Assembly (NCBI GenBank): GCA_964504275.1
Contig: CAZDDV010000002.1
Location: 12,822 to 76,821 of the forward strand
Direction of reading: 5' to 3'
Origin: an uncultured Candidatus Saccharibacteria bacterium
GTDB lineage: Bacteria > Patescibacteriota > Saccharimonadia > Saccharimonadales > JAGQNJ01
Length of the DNA stretch: 64,000 nucleotides
The translations under genes and the position numbers were made by a program. This document shows, piece by piece, positions 1 through 9,939 of the stretch; within the stretch, counting starts at the first letter, position 1, and each line of letters begins with the position of its first letter. The notes under the pieces are model-generated. The model had not been told where the DNA came from. It did no database searches and saw only the letters and a program-made list of their open reading frames with translations.

Positions 1-53
1 TTACATGCGACACATTCAGTTCGTCCTGATGTTGTAGCCGATAACAAAGCAGC

Positions 54-941
54 TTAAGATTTCTTTTTGGCTTCGTGCAGAGTGATTTGCGGGTAGGGGA
101 TTTCGATGTGATTTTTTTCGAAAGCTTTTTTGAGGTGTTTATAAAACGCGCCTTTTATTTTCCATTGTTCGCCGGGTGAGGTGCGGCCGAATACTCGCAC
201 AATCAAGCCATCTTTGTCAAAACCATCAATGCGCGCAAAATGCGGTGGTTCGATAATAAAACGTTTAATGTCTGGGTCGGCAGTTAGTTCTTCGCCAACG
301 TGATTGATGACGTGTTCCAATTTTTCGATGTCGGTATCGAGCGCAACCGTAAAGCGCTCGTTAATGCGCGCAAAGTTCATGGTTTTGTTGGTGGTTACCA
401 CAATGCTGCCGTTTGGAATGTGATGCAAGTTGCCATCCAGATCGCGAACAGCCGTGGTACGAATAGTAATTGCTTCGACCACACCAGAAATATTATTAAG
501 CTCGACAATGTCGCCAACGCGATACTGGTTTTCTGCAATAATAAAAAACCCGCTGGTAAAATCTTTGATCAGCGACTGGGCTCCAAATCCGAGCGCGATA
601 CCAAAAATTCCAGCACTGGCGAGTAGCGGTCCGGTATTTATGCCGATTTCTGTAATCAACATCATAATTGCAATAATCCAGATGCCAATTCGTGCAGTTG
701 CAGTTACCAATGCATCAAGTGTTTGCACGCGTTTTTTGCGGTCAAACTCTGTCGGGAACAAATCGTGCCTAATGGTGTGCTTGATAATTTTACGGAGGAA
801 CCGCTCGGCAAGTTTGCGCAAGATATAGGCACCCAGCAAAATAACGATTATATTAATAAGGTGTAAATCAATCCAATGCGATAAAACGCCGACAATATAA
901 TCAGTATTTTCAGCCAGTTTTTGTTGCAACGATTCCCACAT
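54..941 (-). CDS. MscS-family mechanosensitive ion channel
   Basis: 295-aa ORF with N-terminal hydrophobic helices, followed by LIKDFTSGFFIIAENQYRVGDIVE, which is typical of the MscS beta-domain. Confidence 0.85.
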   Translation of the reverse strand: MWESLQQKLAENTDYIVGVLSHWIDLHLINIIVILLGAYILRKLAERFLRKIIKHTIRHDLFPTEFDRKKRVQTLDALVTATARIGIWIIAIMMLITEIGINTGPLLASAGIFGIALGFGAQSLIKDFTSGFFIIAENQYRVGDIVELNNISGVVEAITIRTTAVRDLDGNLHHIPNGSIVVTTNKTMNFARINERFTVALDTDIEKLEHVINHVGEELTADPDIKRFIIEPPHFARIDGFDKDGLIVRVFGRTSPGEQWKIKGAFYKHLKKAFEKNHIEIPYPQITLHEAKKKS

Positions 942-985
942 ATTCTTAGCTAATAGTATAAACCATAACCGGTAAGGATTCTCAC

Positions 986-1573
986 GTGAAGTTAAACAAG
1001 CTCAGCCAAAAAGTAATCGATCAATTAAAAGCCGGCGAGATTGGCGTGATTCCAACGGATACTTTGTACGGAGTTGTGGCCTGCGCTACAGACGAACAAG
1101 CTGTCGGCAAACTATACGCGCTCAAAAAACGTGATAAAAAACCGGGCACAATTATTGCCGCAAACATCGAACAAGTCGAAGCGCTTGGAATTAAACGCCG
1201 GTATCTTACAGCAGTAGAAAAATTTTGGCCAAACCCGATTAGCATTATTATTCCAACAGGTTTTGCGCTGCCGTATTTAGATCAAGGCAAAATGAGTTTG
1301 GCGATTAGAATTCCAAACGACAATAACATGCAAGAATTTTTGCAAAAAACTGGGCCGCTCGTTACCAGCAGTGCTAATACTCCTGGCGAAAAACCTGCCG
1401 ATACAATTAAACAAGCCGAAAAGTATTTTGGTGATTCCGTAGATTTTTATATTGATGGCGGCGACTTGTCTGGCCGCGAACCATCAACAATTATTCGCAT
1501 CATTGACGACGCAATCGAAGTTGTTCGCGAAGGAGCTGTTAAGATAGATGAAAGTGGAAGGATCACAAAATGA
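986..1573 (+). CDS. tsaC: L-threonylcarbamoyladenylate synthase (YrdC/Sua5 family)
   Basis: 195 aa with a GTG start. Motifs IPTDTLYGVVACA and SSANTPGEKPA. The stop overlaps the next start (ATGA). Confidence 0.8.
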   Translation: MKLNKLSQKVIDQLKAGEIGVIPTDTLYGVVACATDEQAVGKLYALKKRDKKPGTIIAANIEQVEALGIKRRYLTAVEKFWPNPISIIIPTGFALPYLDQGKMSLAIRIPNDNNMQEFLQKTGPLVTSSANTPGEKPADTIKQAEKYFGDSVDFYIDGGDLSGREPSTIIRIIDDAIEVVREGAVKIDESGRITK

Positions 1574-1914
1574 CATTTGACGAATACCAAAAAGCGGCGG
1601 AATCAACCAACTTAACGCCGGGCGACACGGGTGTGGTAATGAGCATAAGTTTCATGGATAAAGTCTTAGGTTTAGTCGGTGAGAGCGGCGAGTTTGCTGA
1701 TCACGTTAAAAAAATTCTGCGTGATGACGATGCTAAAATGACTGACGAACGACGCCAAGTTTTAATCAAAGAACTCGGCGACGTGTTGTGGTACATCGCA
1801 TTACTCGCCAAACATTTAGACATGCCACTCGAAGAAATCGCCACCCGCAATATTGATAAACTAAAAAGTCGCCAAACCCGCGGCAAACTTGGTGGTAGCG
1901 GAGATCACCGATGA
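1570..1914 (+). CDS. MazG-like nucleotide pyrophosphohydrolase
   Basis: 114 aa with the ELGDVLWYIALLAKHLDMPLEEI helix typical of MazG-type enzymes. ATGA overlaps link it to both neighbours. Confidence 0.7.
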   Translation: MTFDEYQKAAESTNLTPGDTGVVMSISFMDKVLGLVGESGEFADHVKKILRDDDAKMTDERRQVLIKELGDVLWYIALLAKHLDMPLEEIATRNIDKLKSRQTRGKLGGSGDHR

Positions 1915-2375
1915 ACACTATGAGAACCGAAGAAAAAATTAGAAAATACTTACCCACAAAAAATGTTATACAACTTGCGACAGCTCGGGACAATCAACCG
2001 TGGGCCTGCAACGTGCATTATTTTTCAGATGAAGATTTAAATTTATACTGGATTAGCGAGCCGGGTCGGCGGCACTCACTCGAGATTCAGGACAATAAAA
2101 AAGTGGCTGCAGTAATAAAAATTCACGAAAACACTGAGCAAGAAAATTATGTGATTGGTATTGCAATTGAGGGCACAGCACAAGAAATGGAAAGCTTTGA
2201 CGAAACCATTGCAGCAAGTTATCGCGACAAGTTAAGTAAGGGCGAATCGTTCGTAGAAGATATGAAAAGCGGCAAAAAACCATATAAATTTTATAAGCTC
2301 ACTCCTAAAAAATTTGTATTGTTTGATACTCAAGATTTTACCGGCGACCCTCGCAAAGAGTGGATTCTAGCATGA
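1911..2375 (+). CDS. pyridoxamine 5'-phosphate oxidase-like (general stress protein 26-like) protein
   Basis: 154 aa. The family call rests on overall pattern recollection only. Confidence 0.5.
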   Translation: MNTMRTEEKIRKYLPTKNVIQLATARDNQPWACNVHYFSDEDLNLYWISEPGRRHSLEIQDNKKVAAVIKIHENTEQENYVIGIAIEGTAQEMESFDETIAASYRDKLSKGESFVEDMKSGKKPYKFYKLTPKKFVLFDTQDFTGDPRKEWILA

Positions 2376-2806
2376 GCGGCACTACGAATGTTCCGGGTGT
2401 CTGCATTCTAATACGCAAAAACGGTAAAGGGCTTTTTATTTTGCGCTCAAACACGGGCTGGAGAGATAACGAATATGCCGTGCCGAGTGGTCACGTCGAA
2501 AAGGACGAAACATTCAAACAGGCTGCTGTGCGTGAAACGCTCGAAGAAGTTGGGCTCAACATTCGGCCAGAAGATTTAATTTATAAGACAACCATACATC
2601 GTCAATCACCAGATAGCACAAGAATCGATGTCTGGTTTGAAGCGCTTGTGTGGAGTGGCGAACCCAAAAACATGGAAACCGACAAACACAGTAAAATCGA
2701 ATGGATCAAATTGGACGAGCTACCCGAAAATAGTATCGACTACATATCGTATGGAATCGAATGCATCGACACCGAACAAAGTTACGGCGAGATCGGCTGG
2801 AGCTAG
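2372..2806 (+). CDS. NUDIX hydrolase
   Basis: Nudix box GHVEKDETFKQAAVRETLEEVGL. The ATG at 2372 overlaps the upstream TGA; a GTG at 2360 is an alternative start. Confidence 0.8.
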   Translation: MSGTTNVPGVCILIRKNGKGLFILRSNTGWRDNEYAVPSGHVEKDETFKQAAVRETLEEVGLNIRPEDLIYKTTIHRQSPDSTRIDVWFEALVWSGEPKNMETDKHSKIEWIKLDELPENSIDYISYGIECIDTEQSYGEIGWS

Positions 2807-4098
2807 CTAGCGAACTTTTTGCGGAGCCATTCGTCGAGGCTGTTGCCACCACCACCGGCCATACCGATTACCATGTCGCCGGCTTTTAAATGTTCTTGAA
2901 CTTTCACTTTTAGTTTTTCGTCGCGATCCATGGGCACGGCGATTGTTGGATCGCTCAGATGTTCGATCATCTCTGATGGTTTAATAATACGTTGATCAGG
3001 ATCTTCGCGAGCTAAATAACTTGGCAGCCAATACAATTTTTTGGCGCCGGCAAAACAATCTTTGTATTCATCGATCATAAAATGCTGGCGACGATTATGT
3101 AGTGGTTCAAAAACTACCACAACGTCTTGGCCTTTTTCTTGGGCGAGTTCTAGTGCAGCGCTCATGCAACCGCGAACTTTTTCTGGCGTGTGCGCGTAGT
3201 CGCTGAACAAATTGGGATAAATTTCTTCCATACGGCGTTGCAGGCCCGGAAATTTATTTACCAGTTCTGTTAGTTTCACAATCGGCGCATTTGTAACTTC
3301 GTGCACTGCCTGGATCGCCAACCACGCATCGAGCCGATTGTATTTGCCCAAGATTTTTACACCTTCTTGGTCTGGCTCGGCCGCGTCAAGCACCGACAAA
3401 TGCGTCGAATCGCTCAGGCCCAAATACTCGTGATCTTCTTGCCAGATAAATGTCCAGCTGCTTTGCGAAATAAATTCTTTAAAAGCTTCTTGGTAATCTT
3501 CGCGGGTGGGGAAGATCTCGTGGTGATCCCAACTAACACCGGTAATTAAACTTAAATGCGGGTTAAAGGCTAAAAAGTTTCGGTCGAACTCATCGCACTC
3601 ATACACAAAGTATTCTGATTCTTTATTAAATTCGCCCATTTCGCCGTAACTTGTTTTGGCTGGCAAAATGTAGCTAATTGGAACTTCAAGTTGTTTGAAA
3701 AGCCACACGGTCATGGCAGTCGTTGTGGTTTTGCCGTGCGTACCGGCAATGGCGATCATTTTTTGTTTGGTGTCAGTCAGGATTTGGTTTAAAAATTCGT
3801 CGCGTTTAGAAAACTTAATGTTTTGTGCGCGGGCAAATAAAATTTCGGGGTGATTTGGGTTTTCTTTTTCGACAGCAGACGAAAACACAATCCAATCAAT
3901 TGGCTTTTTGGAGTGCAGCTCAGCAATTGCCTCTGAGGTTTGCCCGATGTGAATATTCGTAATGCCGTGCTTTTTTAAATAATCGGTGTATCCTGAGTTT
4001 TGCTTGTCCGAGCCCGAAACGTCGTAGCCAGCAGCCTTGGCAATTTGCGCCAGCGGCCCAACCCCAGTTCCACCAATTCCACTAATAAAAATATGCAT
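2803..4098 (-). CDS. Mur ligase family protein (MurC/Mpl-like)
   Basis: 431 aa. N-terminal Rossmann motif GIGGTGVGPLAQIAKAAGYDVSGSD and P-loop IAGTHGKTTTTAM. Confidence 0.7.
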   Translation of the reverse strand: MHIFISGIGGTGVGPLAQIAKAAGYDVSGSDKQNSGYTDYLKKHGITNIHIGQTSEAIAELHSKKPIDWIVFSSAVEKENPNHPEILFARAQNIKFSKRDEFLNQILTDTKQKMIAIAGTHGKTTTTAMTVWLFKQLEVPISYILPAKTSYGEMGEFNKESEYFVYECDEFDRNFLAFNPHLSLITGVSWDHHEIFPTREDYQEAFKEFISQSSWTFIWQEDHEYLGLSDSTHLSVLDAAEPDQEGVKILGKYNRLDAWLAIQAVHEVTNAPIVKLTELVNKFPGLQRRMEEIYPNLFSDYAHTPEKVRGCMSAALELAQEKGQDVVVVFEPLHNRRQHFMIDEYKDCFAGAKKLYWLPSYLAREDPDQRIIKPSEMIEHLSDPTIAVPMDRDEKLKVKVQEHLKAGDMVIGMAGGGGNSLDEWLRKKFAS

Positions 4099-4140
4099 AT
4101 TCTTATACTAGCAAGCAATCAGTTACAATAGAAACAGCTT

Positions 4141-4752
4141 ATGGCAAACAAACAATATTTGCGTCATGTCTGGAAAACCCTCAAGCCAATTAACGAGTGG
4201 CTGTTGCTGGCGTTATTTGTCGTGTTTGCGCTTATTGCGGCGTTTGCGCTTCGCCAGAATAATCTGCTAGCAATTGAGCTTCGTGATCAAGTGAGCGAAG
4301 TCGACAAGCAAAATGGCGATGTCGAAGTCGCTCTGCGTAACCTGCGAGCTCACGTCTACACACATATGAACGCTAATCTTTCGAGCGGTACGGGAATACA
4401 GTATCCGGTGCAACTAAAATATCGCTACGAGCGTTTAGTCGCGGCAGAAAAAAAGCGCGTCGACTCTGCAAACGGTAGCATTTATACTAAGGCACAGAAA
4501 TATTGCGAACGTAAATTTCCAGCAAGCAGTTCCGGCGGACCCCGCGTACCTTGTATAGCAGAATACGTAACCAAAAACGGCGAGAAACAGAAGAATATCC
4601 CAGATGATCTCTATAAATTTGATTTTGTGTCGCCGGTTTGGTCGCCAGATTTGGCAGGTTTTAGTATTTTGCTGTCAGGATTATTCTTGGTGCTATTTTT
4701 GCTGCGATTTGCAATGGATCGCTGGCTCAGTTACGAACTCAACGAAGACTAG
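4141..4752 (+). CDS. hypothetical membrane protein (N- and C-terminal TM helices)
   Basis: 203-aa ORF with hydrophobic segments at both ends and a terminator downstream. Confidence 0.5.
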   Translation: MANKQYLRHVWKTLKPINEWLLLALFVVFALIAAFALRQNNLLAIELRDQVSEVDKQNGDVEVALRNLRAHVYTHMNANLSSGTGIQYPVQLKYRYERLVAAEKKRVDSANGSIYTKAQKYCERKFPASSSGGPRVPCIAEYVTKNGEKQKNIPDDLYKFDFVSPVWSPDLAGFSILLSGLFLVLFLLRFAMDRWLSYELNED

Positions 4753-4760
4753 CGAAGACT

Positions 4761-4794
4761 AAAACACCCCACTTGTTCTAAGCGGGGTGTTTTT
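4761..4794. terminator. bidirectional rho-independent terminator
   Basis: AAAACACCCC ... GGGGTGTTTT hairpin between convergent genes, with an A-run and a T-run on either side. Confidence 0.55.
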
Positions 4795-4815
4795 CGATCA
4801 AATTCGATGACTCGA

Positions 4816-5379
4816 CTATTGAGCTTTTTTGTCGGTGACTGGCTTTTGTGTGGCAGCGTTGTCGTCACACTTTAGGCCTTCTGGATTCTGAGACTTAAAC
4901 TGTTTGACTGCTTGCGCAACTTTACCGTCATCTTTGAGGTTTTCCCAAAATATAACTTGTTCTTGTTTAACTACCATGCGGTCTTCTGGTCCGTGCAACT
5001 CACAACCCAGTTTTACGAGTGAAATATCATCAGGGTTCGGCTGTGAATCAGGCTGAACTTGCTGGTTGACGCGCAAATAATAGATGTCTTGCAAGACGAT
5101 ATTTTTTTCGTTTAGACCAGAAATTTTACCAAAGTAGACTTGGCCGCCATTCATGAATACAGCCTGCATTTTGCTGGTGTCCACGAGTCTGGATTCGCCC
5201 TGGCTGTTTCTGGCGAACACTGCGAATAACAGAACTGCAACGATTAAAATTGTTGATGAGAACAACAACACGATGGACGAAAGGTCCATAATTTTGTTGA
5301 CGCCTTTTTTACTGCGTTTTGTATTTTGTGGTGCTGGTGCATGACTGGAAGCAGGTGCTCCTTGTCGAGTGAAATCCAT
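4816..5379 (-). CDS. hypothetical membrane-anchored protein
   Basis: 187 aa. Basic N-terminus, a single TM helix (LSSIVLLFSSTILIVAVLLFAVFA), and a GAGGTAGG Shine-Dalgarno upstream. Confidence 0.5.
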   Translation of the reverse strand: MDFTRQGAPASSHAPAPQNTKRSKKGVNKIMDLSSIVLLFSSTILIVAVLLFAVFARNSQGESRLVDTSKMQAVFMNGGQVYFGKISGLNEKNIVLQDIYYLRVNQQVQPDSQPNPDDISLVKLGCELHGPEDRMVVKQEQVIFWENLKDDGKVAQAVKQFKSQNPEGLKCDDNAATQKPVTDKKAQ

Positions 5380-5569
5380 ATTTTTCCTACCTCTTTTGAA
5401 CTTATATACTAGTCAATAGTGTAATGCATAAGCGTCTTAAAAGGCAATGCTTGCTAGCTGCATTTTTGTCATAAAAACATCACAGAGATATACAACAGGG
5501 TTGACAACCAAAATACCTCTGGAGTATCGTAGGTATACCAACGTTAACCTAAGAGGGAGAGCTAATACA

Positions 5570-5767
5570 ATGGCTTACGAGCATACAAATAGCAAAGGTG
5601 TAACTTACTACTTAAACTGCAAAGACGTCGTACTACGTGGCGGCAAAACGCAAACAATTTATTACTTCAGCAAAGACCAACGCCCAGAGGCTTGCGATCT
5701 ACCTGAAGGCAAAGAAGTTACAGAAAATCCACGAAACGGCTTTCTAACTGTTAAAAAAATCGTCTAA
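5570..5767 (+). CDS. small hypothetical protein (65 aa)
   Basis: ATG at 5570 preceded by AGAGGGAGAG, with a terminator downstream. The longer track ORF (5447) has no RBS. Confidence 0.45.
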   Translation: MAYEHTNSKGVTYYLNCKDVVLRGGKTQTIYYFSKDQRPEACDLPEGKEVTENPRNGFLTVKKIV

Positions 5768-5792
5768 TCTAAACAATAGTCTGATTTTGAAA

Positions 5793-5828
5793 AGAGCGCT
5801 CCTGTAAAACGGAGCGTTCTTTTGTTTT
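5793..5828 (+). terminator. rho-independent terminator
   Basis: 10-bp stem AGAGCGCTCC/GGAGCGTTCT with one G-U pair, followed by TTTTGTTTT. Confidence 0.6.
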
Positions 5829-5846
5829 GTTTGCTATGATATAAGC

Positions 5847-6485
5847 ATGATAAAGCTTACGGCTAGTAGTTTACGTGTTTTTGCATGGAGTCTGAGTAGT
5901 GCTGTAACGCTGCTAGCGGTCTATGTCTGGTGGAACGGTTACGCGGGCAGTATTAGCTCGGTATATCAGGTGTTTCCGCTGTTCGGACTGTTGGCATTTA
6001 GTCTGATGTGGTCGCATTATATTGTGGCTGCAAAGCGTTTATATTTTGGTATCGAAGCAAAAGAAACCAAAGTGTATTTCGAAATTACTAGCGCCGTTGT
6101 ACTGGCTGCGATTTTGCTACACCCAGGATTGCTGATGTGGCAGCTGTGGCGCGATGGCTTGGGATTACCACCGGTTAGTTATATCCAGTTTTACGGTGAA
6201 GGCTTACTGTTGCCGCTGATGTTCGGCTCAATTAGTCTGACGATTTTTTTGGTGTACGAACTGCGCCGCAAGTTTAAAGACCGCTCGTGGTGGAAGTTCG
6301 TCCAATACGCCAATGACGGAGCGATGATTTTGATCTTTATCCACGGACTCAAATTAGGCAGCCAGCTACAGAGTAGTTGGTTTGTTTACGTGTGGTATTT
6401 CTATGGAGTAACCCTTATAGCATCGATCGCATATATGTACGGCCAAAAAATACTTAAGAATTCTAAGAAGCTTAAGAAAGCTTAG
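5847..6485 (+). CDS. polytopic membrane protein, unknown function
   Basis: 212 aa with about 6 hydrophobic helices. Confidence 0.5.
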   Translation: MIKLTASSLRVFAWSLSSAVTLLAVYVWWNGYAGSISSVYQVFPLFGLLAFSLMWSHYIVAAKRLYFGIEAKETKVYFEITSAVVLAAILLHPGLLMWQLWRDGLGLPPVSYIQFYGEGLLLPLMFGSISLTIFLVYELRRKFKDRSWWKFVQYANDGAMILIFIHGLKLGSQLQSSWFVYVWYFYGVTLIASIAYMYGQKILKNSKKLKKA

Positions 6486-7176
6486 TTTTTCTCTTTTTGC
6501 CGTCTGTATCTTTATTTTGCCGTCGTTTTTCTATAAATCCAACAACAACGAACAGGATCGCGAGTGATACGCCGATTCCGCCGGAAATCCACAGTTGCAA
6601 CCCTAGGTTTACGCCAGCCCAAAACAGTAAAACGCCCACTGCGCTAAAAGCCACTGAGCGCGTTGCTGGAGTATCGTCACCCCAAATCGAACTGATAGCA
6701 ACGTTACTTAAAAGGCTAATAATCGTCCAACCAACGAGTGCTAGGAGCGGCAGGTTGTACAGCGGGCCGTCTACCGCCCAATCAATCAGATTCATGCGCG
6801 TAAATGCAGCGCTCACAACGCTCAAACCGAATATTGATAGCAGTGTGGCAAGTAGAATTTGCTTGAACCCTTCACTCCGTTTGCTGGTCACCCAAAACGC
6901 GCTTAGGAAAATTGGCGGATAAACAAACGCAACGGCAACAGGGGCAAGCCCGAGCAATTTGTATCCCAAAAAGTCGCTATAACTGTATTGCAATGGCAGC
7001 CGAAGTTTTACCATAAGGGATTCTAGCCCCAGTGCAAGGACGACGAGCAGCACTAAAATCAGCAATCCGCGCCCAAACCCACGCTGGCGGAGCACGCCGA
7101 TGAAGCTGGGCAGTGCAAATGCGATAAACAGTACAACGCTCGCAATTGGAGCAGCAATAGAAACAAGCGAATTCAT
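6472..7176 (-). CDS. polytopic membrane protein, unknown function
   Basis: 234 aa, hydrophobic throughout, with a basic C-terminal tail. Confidence 0.5.
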   Translation of the reverse strand: MNSLVSIAAPIASVVLFIAFALPSFIGVLRQRGFGRGLLILVLLVVLALGLESLMVKLRLPLQYSYSDFLGYKLLGLAPVAVAFVYPPIFLSAFWVTSKRSEGFKQILLATLLSIFGLSVVSAAFTRMNLIDWAVDGPLYNLPLLALVGWTIISLLSNVAISSIWGDDTPATRSVAFSAVGVLLFWAGVNLGLQLWISGGIGVSLAILFVVVGFIEKRRQNKDTDGKKRKTKLS

Positions 7177-7302
7177 TATGCCTATTATGCCAATTCGCGG
7201 CCCATTATCAAAATTTGTTATGACTCAAATGATTAAAAATAAGTTTTAACAAAATTACTCGTCTATAGAAAAATTACCTGACATCAGTTAGCATAGGAAC
7301 AC

Positions 7303-8256
7303 ATGAATATTTTACAGAGGTTACCAAAACCATTTTTTGTACTCGCGCCGATGGATGACGTGACCGATACGGTTTTTCGTCAGATTGTAGCCGATTGTGC
7401 CGCGCCGGATTTGTATTTTACAGAGTTCGTTAATGTTGATGGCCTGCAAAGTCCTGGCCGACCAAAGTTAATCCATAAACTGCAGTTTACAGATAAAGAA
7501 ACGCCATTAATTGCCCAAATCTGGGGCCTAAAGCCAGAGAATTATTACAAAACGACGTTAGAAATCAAAGAAATGGGTTTCGCTGGTGTCGATATTAATA
7601 TGGGTTGTCCGGTCAAAACAGTGGTCAAAAACGGCGCTTGCTCGGCACTCATCGAAAATAGGGAAGCGGCGGGGGAGTTGATAGACGCTATGCGCCAGGC
7701 AGCCGGGGACGACTTCCCTATTTCTGTAAAAACGCGGCTAGGAACAAAAAAGGTTGATTTAAGTTGGATAGAATTTCTGCTCAATAAAAAACTTAACATG
7801 TTAACTATACACGGTCGAACGGCCAAAGAAATGTCTAAGGTTCCAGCCCATTGGGATTTAATTGGTGAGGTTGTGAAGTTGCGCGATAAACTCTCCCCTA
7901 CCACATTAATCGTTGGTAATGGCGATGTAGAATCTCGCGCCCACGGAGAACAATTAGCAAAGGAACACGGCTTGGACGGTATCATGATTGGCCGAGGGGT
8001 TTTTCATGATCCGTATGTGTTTGCAAAAAAAACTCCGTGGCCAGATATGACCAAACATCAAAAAATTGATTTATATACTAAACACGTTAAGCTTTTTGCC
8101 GAAACATGGAAAGGTTCCGATCGCAGAATCCAAACCCTCAATAAATTTTGCAAAATCTACATCAACGACTTCCCCGAAGCCAAAGAACTCCGCGAAAAAC
8201 TCATGGCCGCGAACTCGGCCGACGAACTAATCAAGCTTCTTTCGGATCAAGTGTAA
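7303..8256 (+). CDS. dus: tRNA-dihydrouridine synthase
   Basis: 317 aa with FVLAPMDDVTDTVFRQI and DINMGCPV motifs. Confidence 0.85.
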   Translation: MNILQRLPKPFFVLAPMDDVTDTVFRQIVADCAAPDLYFTEFVNVDGLQSPGRPKLIHKLQFTDKETPLIAQIWGLKPENYYKTTLEIKEMGFAGVDINMGCPVKTVVKNGACSALIENREAAGELIDAMRQAAGDDFPISVKTRLGTKKVDLSWIEFLLNKKLNMLTIHGRTAKEMSKVPAHWDLIGEVVKLRDKLSPTTLIVGNGDVESRAHGEQLAKEHGLDGIMIGRGVFHDPYVFAKKTPWPDMTKHQKIDLYTKHVKLFAETWKGSDRRIQTLNKFCKIYINDFPEAKELREKLMAANSADELIKLLSDQV

Positions 8257-8555
8257 ATAGCGCCCCAGTCGGCCATTTTACCGAGGACGGTTTTGAGCTC
8301 TTGGCCTTTTTTGGTCAGTGTGTAGTTATAGCGCGGTGGCCGTTCGCAGTACAAAATTTTTTCTAGGATTTTTGCGTTCTCGAGTTTAGCGAGTCGTTGG
8401 CTGAGTGTGCGCGGGCTAATACCTTCGACTGACTTTTCTAGCTCAGAGAAGCTGCAGGGCTGGCCAGAAAGCTCGTTTAAGATTAGGGCAGTCCATTTGT
8501 CGCCAATTATTTCTAAAGTTTTTTCGATGTTACACGGTGTGCACAGAGGCTTCAT
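8247..8555 (-). CDS. HxlR-family winged-helix transcriptional regulator
   Basis: 102 aa with IIGDKWTALILNEL and SPRTLSQRLAKLE. It is divergent from an FMN reductase gene. Confidence 0.8.
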   Translation of the reverse strand: MKPLCTPCNIEKTLEIIGDKWTALILNELSGQPCSFSELEKSVEGISPRTLSQRLAKLENAKILEKILYCERPPRYNYTLTKKGQELKTVLGKMADWGAIYT

Positions 8556-8584
8556 ATGCCAAATATATCAAAAAAGCTTTACAA

Positions 8585-8605
8585 AGTATAGCGAGTAACT
8601 ATACT
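8585..8605. promoter_or_regulatory. candidate HxlR operator (palindrome)
   Basis: AGTATAG-N7-CTATACT, with perfect 7-bp arms, in the divergent intergenic region. Confidence 0.35.
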
Positions 8606-8646
8606 AAGTAAAGTAAATAGAAATTCTAAAGTGAGGAATCAAAAAA

Positions 8647-9213
8647 ATGAGTTTAAAAATTGGCGTCATCATCAGCACTACCCGCCCTTCCCGCGTTGGC
8701 CCGGCTGTTGCCGACTGGTTTATGAATCAAGTTAAAAATAATCAAGACTTAGAATTTAAAATTATTGATCTTGGCAAAATTGATCTGCCGTTTTTGAACG
8801 AATCAAAATCACCAATGCACGGAGACTATGAACACCAACATACCAAAGATTGGGCAAAACTGGTTGATAGTTACGACGGATTTGTGATTGTGGCGGCCGA
8901 ATATAATCACAGTTTTACGGCGCCGCTAAAAAACGCGCTCGATTCTGCGTATCATGAATGGGGCAAAAAACCGGTGGCATTCGTCGGTTACGGCGCGCTC
9001 GGCGCGGTTAGGGCAATCGAGCAACTCGTAAATGTTGTTGCACAGCTAAAGATGGTTCCGATATCTGGCAACACAGTAAAAATTACAGAAGTTTGGTCGG
9101 CTTTCGACGAAAACGGCGGAATCAAACCAGAATACATCCACGGAGACCCTAGCAAACTAGTAGAAGAACTAACCTTCTGGACCAAACTCCTCGCACCCGC
9201 TCGAAAAAAATAA
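8647..9213 (+). CDS. NADPH-dependent FMN reductase family oxidoreductase
   Basis: 188 aa with a flavodoxin-like pattern: IGVIISTTRPSR ... FVIVAAEYNHSFTAPLKNALD. Confidence 0.75.
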   Translation: MSLKIGVIISTTRPSRVGPAVADWFMNQVKNNQDLEFKIIDLGKIDLPFLNESKSPMHGDYEHQHTKDWAKLVDSYDGFVIVAAEYNHSFTAPLKNALDSAYHEWGKKPVAFVGYGALGAVRAIEQLVNVVAQLKMVPISGNTVKITEVWSAFDENGGIKPEYIHGDPSKLVEELTFWTKLLAPARKK

Positions 9214-9406
9214 ACAGAACTATTAGATTTCTAACTGTACGCTTGTTTGTTGGACGCTCGCGGTTCGAGTTTGAAACACTTATCGCAATTGCTGCCTACG
9301 GCCTCCTGACTTGGTTGCTAATTCGCCTCGTGACTGTCGCGAACCAGCACGTCGACGTCTAATTTTAAGGGGTGAAAACGCTCGCTTTGTAGCGTATGAT
9401 ATGTAA

Positions 9407-9847
9407 ATGTCTGCAACTCGTTCGCGCAAAGACCATAGGCGTTACAAAAGATATCAGCAAAATCGTGGTGCTGGTGGTGATTGTATATTTTGCGAAATGA
9501 ACGAAAATACCGAGCAGATTTTAGAGCAAACTGAACATTTTAAAATCATTCGTAATATTTTTGCCTATTCGCGCTGGGACGAACAATCCGTTACCGATCA
9601 TTTATTAGTGGCGCCAAAACAACACACCGATACGCTCAAAGATCTGACTCCGTTAGAATCGCAAGAATTTGTGCGGATAATCACCGATTACGAAGACCAA
9701 GGATACAATATCTACGCTCGCGCGCCTGGGTCAAATATGAAATCAATTGTGCATCAACACACCCACCTAATAAAAACTGCCGGTAAGCTCAAGAAAAGCG
9801 TGGTTAATAATGTCGCCACAAAAATAATCAAAAAACTCAAACACTAA
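9407..9847 (+). CDS. HIT-family nucleotide hydrolase/transferase
   Basis: 146 aa with the histidine triad HQHTHLI near the C-terminus. Confidence 0.65.
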   Translation: MSATRSRKDHRRYKRYQQNRGAGGDCIFCEMNENTEQILEQTEHFKIIRNIFAYSRWDEQSVTDHLLVAPKQHTDTLKDLTPLESQEFVRIITDYEDQGYNIYARAPGSNMKSIVHQHTHLIKTAGKLKKSVVNNVATKIIKKLKH

Positions 9848-9939
9848 GAACAGGCTCTTAATCGAAACAGAGCACAATAGACGGCGCCGATTCGTTTTGA
9901 TATACTGACAAAAATAACTGGTGGGAGAAACGGATATAT

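Noticed and set aside
9214-9406. A GC-richer intergenic patch containing the T-loop-like GCGGTTCGAGT, checked as a possible tRNA or tRNA fragment.
   Set aside because: No cloverleaf or acceptor pairing could be built around it.
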